A stretch of 64,000 bases of DNA from assembly GCF_036321535.1 (NCBI RefSeq), contig NC_087436.1:8432001-8496000 (forward strand). Reading direction: 5' to 3'. The notes beneath the pieces were generated by a model, which saw nothing but the letters and a program-made list of their open reading frames with translations, ran no database searches and was not told where the DNA came from. This document shows positions 63,601 through 64,000 of this stretch, piece by piece (the stretch's first letter is position 1; each line of letters opens with the position of its first letter). Both the position numbers and the translations under genes were made by a program. Origin of the DNA: Camelus dromedarius. Lineage: Eukaryota.

Positions 63601-64000
63601 TGTTATATAATATATGTAATATATCAAATGGTTCTGTTTCCTCTTGTTCTCTTTGTAGAGTGGTACTGCAAAAATATTATGAGCTCCTTTGCTAAGGCCG
63701 GAAAGCTTTTCTAGGGAGAGCCAAATTAGGATATCAAACTGATTATGGTTTAGAAAATCTAGGGAACTTAAAAGCTTTGATGAACGGCAGAGAATGACGA
63801 GCAGGTTGCCCGTGTACTTTAGTTGGTGTTACAAAACATGAAATGGCAAAGAAAGAAAAATAACTTGAAATAGGCAAAAGAGAATCTTTCTTTACTTTTT
63901 ATAAAAATTTGCTTTGATGGATGAGAAGAGTCATTACGAGGAAGCTAGAGAGAATAGCATCTTCTTCTGCGACAGATTTGGTCCTTCATGTGATGTTTAT

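Noticed and set aside
1..64000. CRISPR arrays, operons or other prokaryotic systems
   Set aside because: The sequence is clearly mammalian, with no regularly spaced repeat-spacer structure and no gene-dense coding regions.

Overview
This is an AT-rich, CpG-poor mammalian genomic window from a large intron or gene desert. About half of it is made of decayed transposable elements. A vic-1-like tRNA-derived SINE (55024) and the young L1 3' UTRs point to a camelid (camel, alpaca or vicuna); I recognised these from memory and have not searched a database. No recognisable intact protein-coding gene is present, and the ORF track consists of L1 ORF2 remnants and chance ORFs. The best-supported unusual feature is a complete U6 snRNA/L1 chimeric retrocopy (58843-59818): full-length U6 is fused directly to a 5'-truncated young L1 with a poly(A) tail, flanked by a 13-bp target-site duplication and nested in an older L1. 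This is a known class of retrotranscript rather than a new system. Other notable features are two independent solo LTRs of one family 47 kb apart, several nested insertions with readable TSDs, and a (GGTCAA)5 microsatellite that forms an array of nuclear-receptor sites. More speculatively, several CpG-retaining patches carry strong plus-strand splice sites that could join into a transcript with a 70-codon ORF. Family names come from recalled consensus sequences, and boundaries without a stated TSD are approximate.
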